A DNA stretch of 64,000 nucleotides from positions 44,454,001-44,518,000 of the forward strand of contig NC_043015.1 of assembly GCF_006345805.1 (NCBI RefSeq), in the 5' to 3' direction. Position 1 is the stretch's first letter, and the number at the start of each line of letters is the position of its first letter. A program made the translations under genes and the position numbers. Below the pieces are notes generated by a model that saw nothing but the letters and a program-made list of their open reading frames with translations, did not search any database and was not told the DNA's origin. Positions 38,648-53,330 of the stretch are shown here, one piece after another. This DNA comes from Octopus sinensis. Taxonomy: Eukaryota.

Positions 38648-38735
38648 CAAATAGTCATAAAATTAAATATCAACATAGACATTCAAGAATGAGTGTGTAT
38701 ATGGATATATATATCTATATCTATCTATATATCTG

Positions 38736-38809
<74 letters not shown>

Positions 38810-38818
38810 AATCTATCT

Positions 38819-38855
<37 letters not shown>

Positions 38856-39064
38856 AAATCTCTCTCTCTCTATATATATATATATAAACACACATATATG
38901 TAATTATGGACACATACAATACATATGTGTGAACGTATATGAATATATAAACATGTTTACATACACACATACACGTATATACGTGTACATACATACATAC
39001 TACGTATATATATATATCTATATATACATAATATATATATATTATGTATGTATGTATGTAATTA

Positions 39065-39108
<44 letters not shown>

Positions 39109-39676
39109 AACGTTATTCGTTTAATGTGTTCATCAATTTTAAGTTGGAGACAAGAGTGCAAATTCGCCGATCAATAACCGTCTAGCGCCATTGTTTAAAT
39201 CTGTGATCATTAATCAATATGTTTAATGGTAGCTTTGCTTCTAATTTTACTTTAGATTTGATTTCTCTTTTACAGGTTTTCACTCCATTTTTCATTCCAC
39301 CAACATGGAGCGTGTAATATATTCTTCTATTTCGCAATTTTATTGTACAATTTATTATTTGGCTCTTTGTTACCGTTGGCAGTAGATTTTTTGTTTGTTC
39401 TCTTCATCTGCCATATATATTGTAAGATGCTTTTCAGCAGCTTTTTTTTAATCCCATGGTGCTTCAAATTACATTCACTTCTATGTAGATTTAGTGATCT
39501 TTTTGGTAGTATGTGTCTAGTCCATATTTTCCTCTCATGTGTGTAAGTATATGCTGATAATGCAGCATAATACAATACCTTATCATAAACGCTCCCCATC
39601 TACCTCCCCACTACCGTCTGTGTGAGTGTGCCTGTGTCTGTGTGCAGGTATGTGCATATACTATATGTATTATGTA

Positions 39677-39872
39677 CAGGGTATACACAAAAACTTTAGA
39701 CAACTTCAAAAACTCATTACAAATATTTAGAGAGTGTAGCAATTAAATTTTTCCTTTCATATCAACATTTCATTATAAAAGTTTTAATGATATTAATGCT
39801 TTTATTAATACATTTATTAATGTTGTTTTTATAATGCACTTCTATTTGTGTAATGACTTTGTGGAAACTCTG
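39677..39872. mobile_element. Tc1/mariner-type MITE
   Basis: Imperfect TIRs: TA-CAGGGTATACACAAAA at the left and TTTGTGGAAACTCTG (reverse complement CAGAGTTTCCACAAA) at the right; about 195 bp. Confidence 0.6.
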
Positions 39873-39915
39873 TCCATATATATATATATTATGTATGTAT
39901 GTATGTATTATATTA

Positions 39916-39955
<40 letters not shown>

Positions 39956-40521
39956 TATATAAACGTTATTCGTTAATGTGTCATCAATTTTAAGTTTGGA
40001 GACAAGAGTGCAAATTCGCCGATCAATAACCGTCTAGCGCCATTGTTTAAATCTGTGATCATTAATCAATATGTTAATGTTAGCATTTGCTTCTATTTTA
40101 CTTTAGATTTGATTTCTCTTTTACAGGTTTTCACTCCATTTTTCATTCCACCACATGGGAGCGTGTATATATTCTTCTATTTCGCAATTTTATTGTACAA
40201 TTTATTAATTTGCTCTTTGTTACCGTTGCAGTAGATTTTTTGTTTGTACTCTTCATCTGCCATATATATTGTAAGATGCTTTTCAGCTTTTTTTTAATCC
40301 CATGGTGCTTCAAATTAACATTGCACTTCTATGTAGATTTAGTGATCTTTTTGGTAGTATGTGTCTAGTCAATATTTTCCTCATGTGTGTAAGTATATGC
40401 TGATAATGCAGCATAATACAATACCTTATCATAAACGCTCCCCATCTACCTGTCTGACCGTCTGTGTGAGTGTGCCTGTGTCTGTGTGCAGGTATGTGCA
40501 TATACTATATGTATATATGTA

Positions 40522-40718
40522 CAGGGTATACACAAAAACTTTAGACAACTTCAAAAACTCATTACAAATATTTAGAGAAGGTAGCAATTAAATTTTTCTT
40601 TCATATCAACATTTCATTATAAAAGTTTTAATGATATTAATGCTTTTATTAATACATTTATTAATGTTGTTTTTATAATGCAGACTTCTATTTGTGTAAT
40701 GACTTTGTGGAAACTCTG
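40522..40718. mobile_element. Tc1/mariner-type MITE (duplicated copy)
   Basis: Same element carried within the tandem duplication. Confidence 0.6.
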
Positions 40719-40722
40719 TCCA

Positions 40723-40771
<49 letters not shown>

Positions 40772-40885
40772 GTGGTGTGTGTGTGTGTGTGTGTGTGTAT
40801 AGCAATTGTGAACAGGTTATATATTTAACGGTCTATTGCATAAGAGTATCTTCCATGTAGTTGATGACGACTACATTTTCTCCAA

Positions 40886-40924
<39 letters not shown>

Positions 40925-41777
40925 AATGAATGTTTTTATATATAATGAACGTGAAATACAGGAAGGGACGAACACGGAACACAGACAAATCATTCGAAGC
41001 CTTCAATCTTCAGTCAGACACCGAATCATCATAGCAAATTTCGGCTGTTCATATAAAATTATAGAACTGACCGCTAAAAAGGGGACAGTCTATATGCTTA
41101 GATATAGACGTCAAAATCGCTATTTTCCACGAAGAATGTGTTCTGAAGAAAAAGCCAAAGTGTAAAAATAAGCAAGACAAATGAAAATATACGAAATAAA
41201 AAACGTTTACCTATGTACTAATTAGTTTCACTTGTTAATATTTACGTATATGGATACGTAAACATCTGCAAGATCATCAACATAATCCGTTTACAAAATA
41301 CAATTTCCAGAATTAAATACAGAACGCTAAACCGAAATCTAGCATGTAGAGAGTTCCACATATTATATTTATCTGTATCTTTGAAATGCCTACACTTTGG
41401 CGCGCTGAGATCGGAAATTTACTCCGCAGAATCTTCGGTTCGGATTTTTTTTTAAAGTATGCTAGACCACCTGTTTTAATTGATTAATATAAATGTGTAC
41501 TCTTATTTAAATTTCATATCTAACAAAAGAAAGTAAGTAATACTCGGCACAATTGGTTGGAGGTATACCTATTATATATGAGTTTGGCTAAGCACTATAT
41601 TACTTAGAGATTAATAGTCATAGTTCCCTTTCACATCTTCAGCGAACTGGAAACAGGCAAAGAGTATGTGAAAGAAGTTTAAAACGGCGCTAAGTTATTT
41701 AGCCTCCGTTGTTCAGTTCAAGTCCCGTTGTTTCTTGTACACTGACAGGTATAATGACTATCATTACATTGTACGTA

Positions 41778-41842
<65 letters not shown>

Positions 41843-41849
41843 TATTATA

Positions 41850-41990
41850 AATTTCTGTGTACCTTTCTGTAGAAGAGCGTAGGCTCGAAAGGTAAAAGAC
41901 TTTTTTATATTCATGAGCGTTATACTAATACATTTGTTTGTTTTGTACACCACCTGTCTTCGTCCTTTGTTTTATTCTTAAACTCTCCCT
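41850..41990 (+). mobile_element. Short PLE terminal-repeat-like element with variant hammerhead core
   Basis: CTTT-CTGTAGA-A-GAGC gtag GCTC-GAAA-GG-T-A-AAAG at 41863-41898. Confidence 0.65.
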
Positions 41991-42721
41991 ATATATATAT
42001 ATATAGATAACAAATACAACTAATGTATAGTGGTTTACTCACAACAGCTGTTTCAGGTGAGTTTTATTTATTGATACATAGAGTCAATACAATTGATGGC
42101 AATTATGGGGTGGTATGTAAGTAAATGTAAACACTTGAGCGTTCATTAAAATATCAGTCCGCTGTACATGCATGCTTCATCTTTTTTTAGCAAAACCATA
42201 GGGAAAAGCCGAGAATTATGATCGGTCCAATCGATTGAACTCATTCATCCAACTGAGACCCTCTACTTATATTAGTAATCAATATATATAATAAATCAAT
42301 AAACTAATGTTAATGTATTTATGTTTCTTTTTTATCCCATATTATAAAAGCTAAAAATTACTCTTGGCAAATGTATCGTTCATACTCTGATATATCTCAA
42401 TCGATGTCAGTTATTGTCTAATCTAACCATTTCTTTTTTAATTCTAGAATAATTAATGCGATGTTATCCCTGGTGGTAGTGGTGGGGTGGTGGGTAGAAA
42501 TTATTATGAGAAGATATAACTATAAATTATAAACGTTCTCAGTGGCGCTCTGCTGATTTTAAACCTATCGCTTTTTCTTTGCCTCAAACTACCCGTGAGG
42601 CTATCTGCATGTTTTTTTAATTTTGCAGTATATTACTGATTTTCTATTGTATGGAACCGATTCAAGTCTTAAGAAGATAAATTCACCCAAACTGCGGTGA
42701 CAGTGAAACATTTATATATAC

Positions 42722-43061
42722 TCCCTATGTATAAAGCTGAAGTTGTTTGTGTATGGCAGGTTTGGTAGCCTTCGACTAACACTATCTGCTCCGAGACCCT
42801 GCGGCACAAGTTGACCAAAATTCAGAGTATGAATCGGACCATGTTAACACCAAAAATTATTTACATCAAAAAGGCGCTTTTCTCTATGAAAATCCCTATA
42901 TTTTACGATTTTTTGACTGCTATCTCGCCATTTTTCGTGTATTTCAACCTGAAAAATGTTCGCTTAAAGAGAATAACAAGCTACATAATGCAAAAGTTTT
43001 TCAAAAATTCCAATTCTAAAGGATCGAAACAACCCCGAGCAACGCCGAGCGATACTGCTAG
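42722..43061 (+). mobile_element. Non-autonomous Helitron-like element
   Basis: It starts TC..TATGTATAAAGCTGAAG. The 3' end has a GC-rich subterminal CCGAGCAACGCCGAGCG followed by CTAG|T. No TSD. Confidence 0.65.
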
Positions 43062-43319
43062 TATTCTATAAAATAATAAACCGCAATCGTACCTTCACAT
43101 TATTCCAGCGATGCTTGCAGTTCATTATCTTATAATTGCTGTTATGTATAACTTATTAATGACATATTCGGTTGCACAAACGATACGACAAATCACTTTT
43201 TAATAATGAAACAAATAGGAATATTTTCTTTATTCTACATAATGATTTCGCTACACGTTATATGCCACATATATCTAACAGTTCGCTATCTTATTAACCA
43301 GTATATTATTAGTGTTAAG

Positions 43320-43716
43320 TGGAGGCGCAATGGTCCAGTGGTTAGGGCAGCGGACTCGCGGTCATAGGATCGCGGTCATAGGATCGCGGTTTCGATTCCC
43401 AGACCGGGCGTTGTGAGTGTTTATTGAGCGAAAACACCTAAAGCTCCACGATCTCCGGCAGGGAATGGTGGTGATCCTTGCTGTACTCTTTCACCACAAC
43501 TTTCTCTCACTCTTACTTCCTGTTTCTGTTGTACCTGTATTTCAAAGGGCCGGCCTTGTCACTCTCTGTGTCACGCTGAATATCCCCGAGAACTGCGTTA
43601 AGGGTACACGTGTCTGTGGAGTGCTCAGCCACTTACACGTTAATTTCACGAGCAGGCTGTTCCGTTGATTCGGATCAACCGGAACCCTCGTCGTCGTAAC
43701 CGACGGAGTGCTTCCA
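43320..43716 (+). mobile_element. SINE family C, full length with 12-bp TSD
   Basis: TSD TATTAGTGTTAA at 43307-43318 and 43720-43731; internal 14-bp duplication at 43356-43383. Confidence 0.92.
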
Positions 43717-44658
43717 TCATATTAGTGTTAAAGATGTAGGCTTTTTAATCTATCCCATAATCATGCGAAGCACTACAATCTAGGAATAAGCAACTGTCAT
43801 ATGTTTCATTTAACATAATAATAGCCAATAATAATAAACTACGATAATAATCACAATTATATTGATTTCTCACTTTATTCAGATTACATCGTTTACTGCA
43901 TGTTTTGAGAAAAGAATTACGTACATAAGAAAAATATTTAAGATAATAAAAATAAAACTAATGTAGATAATTAGTGAGATAGAGTTCAGTAGATATATGT
44001 GAATAAAAAGCGACCGATTTTTTTAGGCATCATAACATATTTAGAGAACCAAGATTTCATTTGTATTTACAATTTCTCATTTGTAAGGTATAATTAAAAA
44101 TTCTACTCCCCTGGCATCTGCTTCTTTTGTAATTTATCTCATAAAGTAATTCAACTGAAGCATCTATAGGAATTATATATTAGTCACTAATGAAGTTTGT
44201 TACTCAACCGTAAATACAATTAAATTATCAAGTACATTTGCCTTTCTAGATATGTATCTATTCCACTGAAGTTACATTATCATATATATATATAAAGTGG
44301 CCAGGTGATTTATCTCTCCAGACAAATATACAAAGCAACTGTTTGTATCTATTATTGATCAGCAAAAATTATTTATTACATTTATTGTAAAAATATAAAT
44401 TAAACTGTATATTGCTATAGTGAACTTCCTCAAACATTATTTTCCAAAATGAATTTTTCGTTATTGCTAAGCTGTGTCTTAGCCATTTCGTAATTATTCC
44501 ATACGATCATAGAATGCTTATTTTTTTCGCCAGGCGCTTGATATTTCTTCGTTGGGAATCTTGTGAATTCACAAATCTATTGATACAAGGCAGAGTTTGT
44601 AATTGATTTTTTTTTGTTTATATAATATGTATCATTTTTATAGAGAAAGATAATTTTA

Positions 44659-45112
44659 TACTCTTTTACTTGTTTCAGTCATTTGACTGTGGCCATGTGG
44701 GAACACCGCCTTTTTTAGTCGAGCAAATTGACCCCAGGGCTTATTCTTTGTAAGCCTGGTATTTATTCTATAGGTCACTTTTGCCGTACCGCTAAGTTAC
44801 GAGGACGTAAACACACCAGCATCGGTTGTCAACGATGTTGGGGAGGGGGACAAACACAGACACACAAATATATAAACACACACAGACAAACATATATATA
44901 TATATATATATATATATAGATTGATGGATAGATAGATAGATAGATACGCGGGGTTCTTTCAGTTTCTGTCTACCAAATCCACTCACAAGACTTTTGGTCG
45001 GCCCGAGGCTATAGTAGAAGACACTTGCCCAAGGTGCCACGCAGTGGGACTGAACCGAGAACCATGTGGTTCGTAAGCAAGCTACTTACCACACAGCCAC
45101 ACATACGCCTAT
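44659..45112 (-). mobile_element. tRNA-derived SINE family B, full length
   Basis: Minus-strand head GTGGCTGTGTGGTAAGTAG..GGTTCAGTCCC, then CCTTGGGCAAGTGTCTT, an internal microsatellite, and tail GACTGAAACAAGTAAAAGAGTA. Confidence 0.9.
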
Positions 45113-45169
45113 AATTATTATATATAATTTTCATTAGTATTTTAATTTATTTTTCTCCAACAATCATAA

Positions 45170-45450
45170 TGTGATTAGAAACTTGCTTTGTAACCACGTA
45201 GTTTCCAATTCAATTCTTTCACGGGCTATATTTGACAAGTGTCTTTTACTCGAGCTCCAGTCTGACCAGTGACTGGTGGGCGCATTTGTGTGCTAGAAAA
45301 ATATACCCAAACATGCAGACAGTCACACGCACATATATAGATAAAATAATTACCAGACTTGCAGCAGTCGAATTGTTCAGTAAAATCCTTCAAGGACTTC
45401 CCCCAGCATGGCCACAGTTCAGTGACTAAAGCGCGTGGAAGATAAAAAGG
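45170..45450 (+). mobile_element. Older, diverged family-B-related SINE
   Basis: Degenerate head (CTTGCTTTGTAACCAC..GACAAGTGTCTT) and tail CCCCAGCATGGCCACAGTTCAGTGACT..AAGATAAAAAG. Confidence 0.5.
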
Positions 45451-45519
45451 CAGAGATTGTTGATTTTATCAATTAAAGGTATCAGAGCTTTTATCAATTT
45501 TATGAATTAAAGGTATCAG

Positions 45520-45892
45520 GGCGACGAGCTGGCAGAATCGTCAGCACGCCAGGCGTTATTTCATCTGCCGCAACATTCTGAGTTCAAATTTGGCCGAGAT
45601 CGACTTTGCCTTTCATCCTTTCGGGGGTCGATGTAATGGACTTAATCCGTTTGTCTGTCCTTGTTTGTCCTCTGTGTTTAGCCCCTTGCGGGTAGTAAAG
45701 AAATAGGTATTTCGTCTGCCGCTACATTCTGAGTTTAAATTCCGCCGAGGTCGACTTTGCCTTTCATCCTTTCGGGGTCGATTAAATAAGTACCAGTTAC
45801 GCACTGGGGTCGATATAATTCACTTGATCCGTTTGTCTGTCATTGTTTGTCCTCTCTGTTTTTAGCCCCTTGTGGGTTGTAATGAAATAGGT
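45520..45892 (+). mobile_element. SINE family A dimer (deleted first unit plus 184-bp second unit)
   Basis: Head GACGAGCTGGCAGAATCG; second unit 45709-45892; flanked by AGGTATCAG (45511-45519 and 45889-45897). Confidence 0.9.
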
Positions 45893-47293
45893 ATCAGAGC
45901 TTTTGTCCTAGCACTGATATCTGTATTTCAAACAAAAACGGGACGTTATGTTTAACAGAACACATATTGGCACTGCAATAAATACACGTAGCATAAGTGA
46001 ATAAACTTAATACGAAACTTAATGGAACTTGAAGCTTGTATGCTATAATATACTGAAGGAAAAGTCGATGTTCTTTTCAAGAGAACAGGGGAATTGTTAG
46101 AATTTATTAGTTACATGTCACGACGGATTTTCTCCAAAGTTCACTTGAGTTCAATAATGATGGTATGAAGCATTTAATGTGGAAATATGTCTGACTGCAC
46201 CGAAATAAAAACGTTTTTGAGTGTGTGAGTTCAGCAATTTTGGTATATCTACGTAACATGTACAGTGCAGACACTATGAACATTTATGTTTGATAATCTA
46301 TTGAAAATGCATAAAGTAGAGAAAATGGCGTTCTTTACTTTCTTTTTGAATTGAGCTGTCAATATGTTTACCATTTTCATGACCGACTTAGAGTGGTCGT
46401 ATGAATGCGTACTTCTCAGAGAAAGAAAGAGAAAGGAGAGAGAACGATGGAGGGAGAGACGGAGAGATAAAAAAGACACATATATACAAACATATATAGA
46501 CAGACATAAAAGAGATAAAAATAGAAAGATGTAGAGGCATGCAGTTAAGTAGATTGATTGAGAGAGGACAGGAGAAAAGAGGAAGAGTGAAAGAAAGAGA
46601 GAGAGAGAGAGAGTGGGGGAGGAGAAATTACAATATTCATTGCTCATATGCTGAATATCCAGAGCCTAGAATATATGTTCGTGTTTAACTTCATATCATA
46701 TTTCACAATAATAATAAGCGGTAGCGTAGTATTTTCTCAATACGTACGTTGAACCATTTATCATTGGAAATTTTAACTGAATCTTCGAGTTGTTTGAATT
46801 GTGTTAGAATATGTCAAACTATATTGTTTCGACATCATATTCACAATTTACAACACTCTGTCACTATCAAATTATTAACAATACAAGAATATATTTACAC
46901 TATTATTTTGTTTTATTTCTTTCTTTTAACGCAGTTACAATACTCTTGCAGAAATTATTGGTCTCTAAAAAAAAAAAAAAATTCTCATATACGCTCGTGA
47001 TATCAACAAATTTGCTAACAGAAATAAAGCTGAATGGTATTATGACATTGGTATTATAATTTAAAGCCAAATCACGATATATGTGTTTCTTCATTTTTAC
47101 GGTGTTTTATCTAGAATTTTTGTAAACATGCCTTTGACATCAGAGAATATTTTGCTATACTTGTCATTTCGGATGAAAATTAACACAACGTTTAATTTAT
47201 AGCTTTCAGTTATGATACACTCAATTAAATACCGGATGTTTTTGCTCACAAATATGACTGCTACTTGAGAGAGGTAAATGTTAAAATGAAGAC

Positions 47294-47375
47294 AGCGAGT
47301 TGGCAGAAATAATTGCACGCCGGACAAAATGTTTAGTGGCATTTCCTCTGGATTTTAAAATCTGAGTTCGAAATT
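47294..47375 (+). mobile_element. Degenerate SINE family A head
   Basis: GCGAGTTGGCAGAAA..GCACGCCGGACAAAATG..TCTGAGTTCGAAATT. Confidence 0.55.
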
Positions 47376-48748
47376 ATGTTGTATCTATTGCTTATTTGTA
47401 TAGCTATTGCAGGGTCAAATTTAAATGGTTGCACACACTTTATATTATTAATGATAATATATATTTCGGACAGAGTCAAGACTACTGAAAAGGTTGCAAC
47501 ACGCAACGAAAATTTTAGAAAATAAAAATAAGAAATAAGGGGAAATTTTACCGGTGAGTGTGTTAAATAATAAGGCACTAAAAGAGAATGGCTCTCCACA
47601 GACACGACAGATAATATATATTTCCTTAAGGATTTACAGCTCGGCTACCATTATAAAAAAGTAAAAAAATACAATGCTGGTGATCGTTTTTGAAGAAATC
47701 AATAGTTTCGCAATAATTTCTCTATCCAGAGACTGCAGTTCAAGCAAGTATGAGTAAAAGCAACAGTATAAAGAATAACAGAAACATTAGAACTACATTT
47801 CAATGTGGTAAGCTGCTGGATCGGAGTACTCAATCAATAACTAAAAACAGTGTTGTCTACATCTACATGAATGTTTATGGCCGAAATATTTTGCCTTGGA
47901 TGTTCTTTTATCAAACTTTCCTCCATAAAGTTTGTTCTTGAATTTCATTGTGCCACATTTCAATTAAGGCTAATTGTTTTACAAAATGTATTTTATACAT
48001 TACGTTTATTTCACTAACGGAAATTCATATTCCTTTCGAAGATAGTATTTCCTAATGATAATGACTATTATTAAATCTAATACGAGTAAGAGTCGGTAAG
48101 GTAAAACATGCGCTTTTAATTTCGAACTCGACATTCCCAGTAGAAGATTAGTTTTTTACAATTATCTCCGCAGAAATTTTGAATTTCCTCGAACGACTAT
48201 TCATACTATTAATGTGAAACAACCTTTTGCAAAGATTTCAGACCCCTTCAATTATTCATTCAGAAATCATTTTATCTATTGCATTTCATTTTAATACATC
48301 GACAATTAAATTAAATCATACCTATTTTAAATGACTTGATGCTTTCCGTTGCAAGGCGTATCGTTATTGTTTCAGATGTAAGCTTTAAATTTATTCACAT
48401 TCCGATTGTATTTTAGGACTAGAGTGAATATATCACATTGAATTTTATTCAATATGCCAATTCAGAAATTATGGACTTCTTTCAATCGATTATATAACTT
48501 GCCAATTAGGTAGAGTTATATACCTAATAATTGATATTGTTCGTAGAGGGATATACATTAATCTCTACTGCTTCCCTTAATTTACCATCAATTTCCATAA
48601 AATAGCATATTCTTATATCAAGAATTATTGCATTATACATATATATATATATAGGTGTTTTAGTTCCGACTTCTATTGTTCAAACACACACCTACTTTAC
48701 TCTGTAGGAGTTATGCAAAAAGCAGTAAAATTTAGAAAATTTGTACAA

Positions 48749-48812
<64 letters not shown>

Positions 48813-49201
48813 TGAGTAATTTTTGTTAGTTGCTCTCAATGTGACGTCAGTGAATGCACAATTGCTATTACAGAGTAGAAACAATAAGTTATGTAAGTAT
48901 GTATGTATGTTTGTTTGTGTGTGTCTATCTGTGTGAGAGCATATATGCTCTGTCATATTGCAGGTTGCATGTTCTACTATATCTTCTTAGGCAATAGCTC
49001 AATTACACTGTTACGTTGCATGTATGGTTTGTAGACACGCCATCTTCGTGATCAATATATGTCATACTGCTAAGAAAGCATTACCTGCTTGCAAACTGCA
49101 GATATAGATATATAAACCTATCAAGAAGGGTCTTTGAAAATATGTATATATAAATATATATATGTATGTGTGTGTGTCTATGTTTGTGTATAGATATTTA
49201 A

Positions 49202-49238
<37 letters not shown>

Positions 49239-49331
49239 TAGAAATATATGTATGTGTGTGTATATATATGTCCGTATATATGTATATATATACACATGTA
49301 CATACATATACTTATATATACACATATATAC

Positions 49332-49382
<51 letters not shown>

Positions 49383-49673
49383 CACATATATACATATATT
49401 TATATACCGATATAACTATCTCCCTCTCTATACATCCATGCACATATATATTCCAGCACTTGCTTTGTAATATTGTGCATGCAACAGTTTGGCACATGTA
49501 TACTTATTAGGATATTTCTCCGATATACTCCACCTGTCAGATGCATTTCTTATGCTGCAACTACCTACATTGTCTGATGGTAGCTTGGTATTCGCTACAA
49601 TTGGAAACTCTTCCAGTGAATATTTGAAAGTTAATATACCTATACTAGTTTGACACAAACACACGCACGTGTT

Positions 49674-49732
<59 letters not shown>

Positions 49733-51205
49733 CGTTTCCAATAAAAAGCATGACCGACATCTTTAGCGTGAGCGGATACTACTAAAAAGTGCAATAGCGA
49801 GATGAAAAAGTTTATTCATGCGTGGAATCTATTTAGCTAAAATTTATTGTTTATTTAAAGTTATTATTAAGATTATTTCCGTTATTATTTTCCTCCTTTT
49901 TTTCTTACTACTATGAGTACCACAAAGGTCGCCTTGCCTCTATTGTTATTATCCTTGGTGCAATTATTGCAATATTAATTTTGTATTTGTGCAGAATCTG
50001 TTAATTTAATTAGTGAGAAAATAATGAAAACAGTATACCCAGATGGACTTAATCGTATTCCCCCTAATGAGGTGCCCATACACCGCTGTTGCTGAAAAAT
50101 ATTTAACTATATAGTAATTATAAATAACAATCTTTTACAATGGTATAAATATATAAACCCAGCAACTTAAGCTAGCGTGTTCTGCAGAAACAATTGTTGT
50201 GATGTACTGTTAAATCCAGATATTCTCCATCCTCGCGTTATATTATTCATCAAACGCTTATCCTCTCCATATCCTTCTCCAGTGTAGTTGATATAATATT
50301 TATGGCCTCTTCACTATACAAAATTGTATATATATGCACGCAGTATCCATGCGTGTTTGTAAGAGTACTTCTCTATGTACATCGTATACATATATACTAC
50401 TTAATTTAAACTCAAAAGCGAAAAAGGAAATGACCTGTTCACTATACAAAATTAAACAGATGTTACTATGTCTTGTCTCTAGCTACACAGTAAAGCAAAG
50501 GAGATTAACCTGGCAAATTTCTAGGATGAGTGTTTAAACTTCAGAGATAAAAGTATCATCTAATAAAACTGTATTGCTTATGTTATTTAAACGCAAATTA
50601 AGATGCAACTGATACAACTTGACAAATTTACATATCTTTCATTTCATCTTGTGATTAAATCATTTGAAGCACACAGTGAATGAAAACTAAATGTAAATTT
50701 AGTCTCATTCTGGTCAAAAGTTTATGCTTAGCAGCAAGTAATGAATCTTGAGTTTAGTACAACAAACAGCTACAAATTGCCTGCAGTCGTTTTCTGAAGT
50801 GAGGCCATATTGCGGAATGTTATATTGGATAAAAAAATGTTAATGGATGCACGTTACAGGAAGTATTTCTTTATAAGACGTATGGGAGTAAAAATGGCTA
50901 TCAAAATATATTCCCGATCAGTAAACGTTTGGAAAGAAAGGCTAATAGTTCGATATAAAGATTGATTGATCAAAGCCTGAATACTATTTGTCTGAGGTCT
51001 GCTGAAAAACCAAAGATCTGGCAACCCAACAGTAATAACAGAAGTAAAAAACATGTATTATATATATGTACGTAGTATCCATGCGTGTATGTAAGAGTGT
51101 ACCTCTCTATGTACATCGTATACATATATACCAACTTAAATTAAACTCAACAAGAAAAATTACACACACACACAAATGTATATATATATATATATATATA
51201 TATCA

Positions 51206-51251
<46 letters not shown>

Positions 51252-51427
51252 ATATATATATATATATATATACCGATATATATATACATATATATATATA
51301 TATACATACATATATATATATACATGTACATCTACATATGCGTATTAAATATTCATAATCATGCCCAGGGGCATATATACACATATAAACATCTGTGTTT
51401 GTGTATGGGATTATACATCAATAAATT

Positions 51428-51750
51428 CCTCTCTTTTACTTCTTTCAATCATTTGACAGCAGCCATGCTGGAGCATTACGTTTAGTAGAAAAAATCGGTC
51501 TTTGGTTTTCGAACCGTTAAGTTACACACCAACATCAGTTGTGAAGTGATGAGGGGGGGGATGCAGACACAAACACACAGGCACACACACACACATATAT
51601 GTATGTGTTCTGTCTACCAAATCCACTCACAAGGCTTTAGTCGGTCCGAGGCAATAGTAGAAGACAACTATCCAAGGTGCCACGCAGTGGGACTGAACCT
51701 GGAACCATGTGGTTGCGAAGCAAGCTTCTTACCACACAGTAACTCCTACC
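51428..51750 (-). mobile_element. SINE family B, internally deleted
   Basis: Tail and head match 57429-57865, with central deletions. Confidence 0.8.
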
Positions 51751-52331
51751 TTTGCGAGAACCTATACTGATGGACGTGTAGTCATTTTTTATTGTGCAAA
51801 CTTCTGCGCATGCGTCTGTTAGAACACTCATTTCTCTTTATGCATATGTGCAAGTGAAGAGACAACAGGAAAAAATATTTGTTGGGAACGGTAAAAGAAA
51901 TATCTAATTTCGAAAGTCTGGGAGTAGTTAAATTCTTTGAGCACGCCTGCAATTCTTGTAAGCTGTCAGTATTGTTAAATTCGAACGTTTGTCTTGTTCT
52001 CCTATGAGAGTACCGCTGCAACGTCTACTTAACTACATAATGACTGGTCGCAAACATAAAACGTGTGTTTCAATTCACTTTTGTAGGACTCTCAAAATGA
52101 ATATACGTGGAGTGAATTGTATACTAATACGGAAATTGGCAAGCAAAACTGATCATGTGATATAAACTTTAGTACACAATGAAGACTTTCCAATATCGTT
52201 GTACATACAATCACTTCAAATACTTCTTATGTGCCCCAATTGGTACCTAATTATGCTGTCTGTATTATCGTTTCAATAACATAATAATAAAAACAATTTC
52301 ACACAGGACATTTGGTAAATTATAAATTGAA

Positions 52332-52385
<54 letters not shown>

Positions 52386-52617
52386 GATATTTTATACTAT
52401 GAATATTTTACCATGTGTTCGACGTCTCTTAAAGTTTATGGTGTGTAGATATATAGCCACGTAGTGTACATCATTTGCATAGATATGTTTAATTCTCAAG
52501 AGGTTCATAGAAGAATCTGCAAATTCCACTATCAGCAGCAACATAATGTATGATATAAAGCATTATCAAATTATTTACATAAACACATAATTATTTTCCG
52601 CATTAATATCTAACAAT

Positions 52618-53185
52618 TTGGAAGGCGTTAGTGCGTCGGGCGAAATGCTTACCGGTATTTCGTCTGTCGATACGTTCTGAGTTCAAATTCCGCCGAGGTC
52701 GACTTTGCCATTCATCCTTTCGGGGTCAATAAATTAAGTACCAGTTTCGCATTGGGGTCGATGTAATCGACTTAATACCTATGTCTGTCCTTGTTTGTCC
52801 CCTCTATGTTTAGCCCCTTGTGGGTAATAAAGAAATAGGTATTTCGTCTGTCGTTACGTTCTGAGTTCAAATTCCGCCGAGGTCGACTTTACCTTTCATC
52901 ATTTCGGGGTCGATTAAATAAGTATCAGTTACACACTGGGGTCGATGTAATCGACTTAATACCTATGTCTGTCCTTGTTTGTCCCCTCTGTGTTTAGCCC
53001 CTTGCGGGTAATAAAGAAATAGGTATTTCGTCTGTCGTTACGTTCTGAGTTCAAATTCCGCCGAGGTCGACTTTGCCTTTCATCATTTCGCGGTCGATAA
53101 ATTAAGTACCACTTCCGCACTGGGGTCGATGTAATCGACTTAATTCCTTTGTCTGTCTTTGTCTGTCCTCTCTACGTTTAGCCCT
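52618..53185 (+). mobile_element. SINE family A trimer
   Basis: Partial head, then units 52657-52840 and 52841-53024 (184 bp each) and 53025-53185. Confidence 0.92.
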
Positions 53186-53330
53186 GTGTCCTGTGTGTTG
53201 TCGAATGAATGAGATCCAGTAATATTATACCTATGCGTACATACAAATAAATACACATATAGAGGTTAGTTATAAAGCAAATAAGAACAGGGATATAAAT
53301 ATGTTCGTTCTTCAGGGTTAAGTACATATA

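Larger units (their letters stand above)
39044..40740. repeat. ~850-bp tandem duplication
   Basis: 39107-39880 is repeated at 39960-40730; the differences are mostly 1-2 bp indels. Confidence 0.9.

Noticed and set aside
50325-51150. ~90-bp diverged direct repeat (about 50325-50415 and 51060-51150)
   Set aside because: An old local duplication of microsatellite-like sequence with no further structure.
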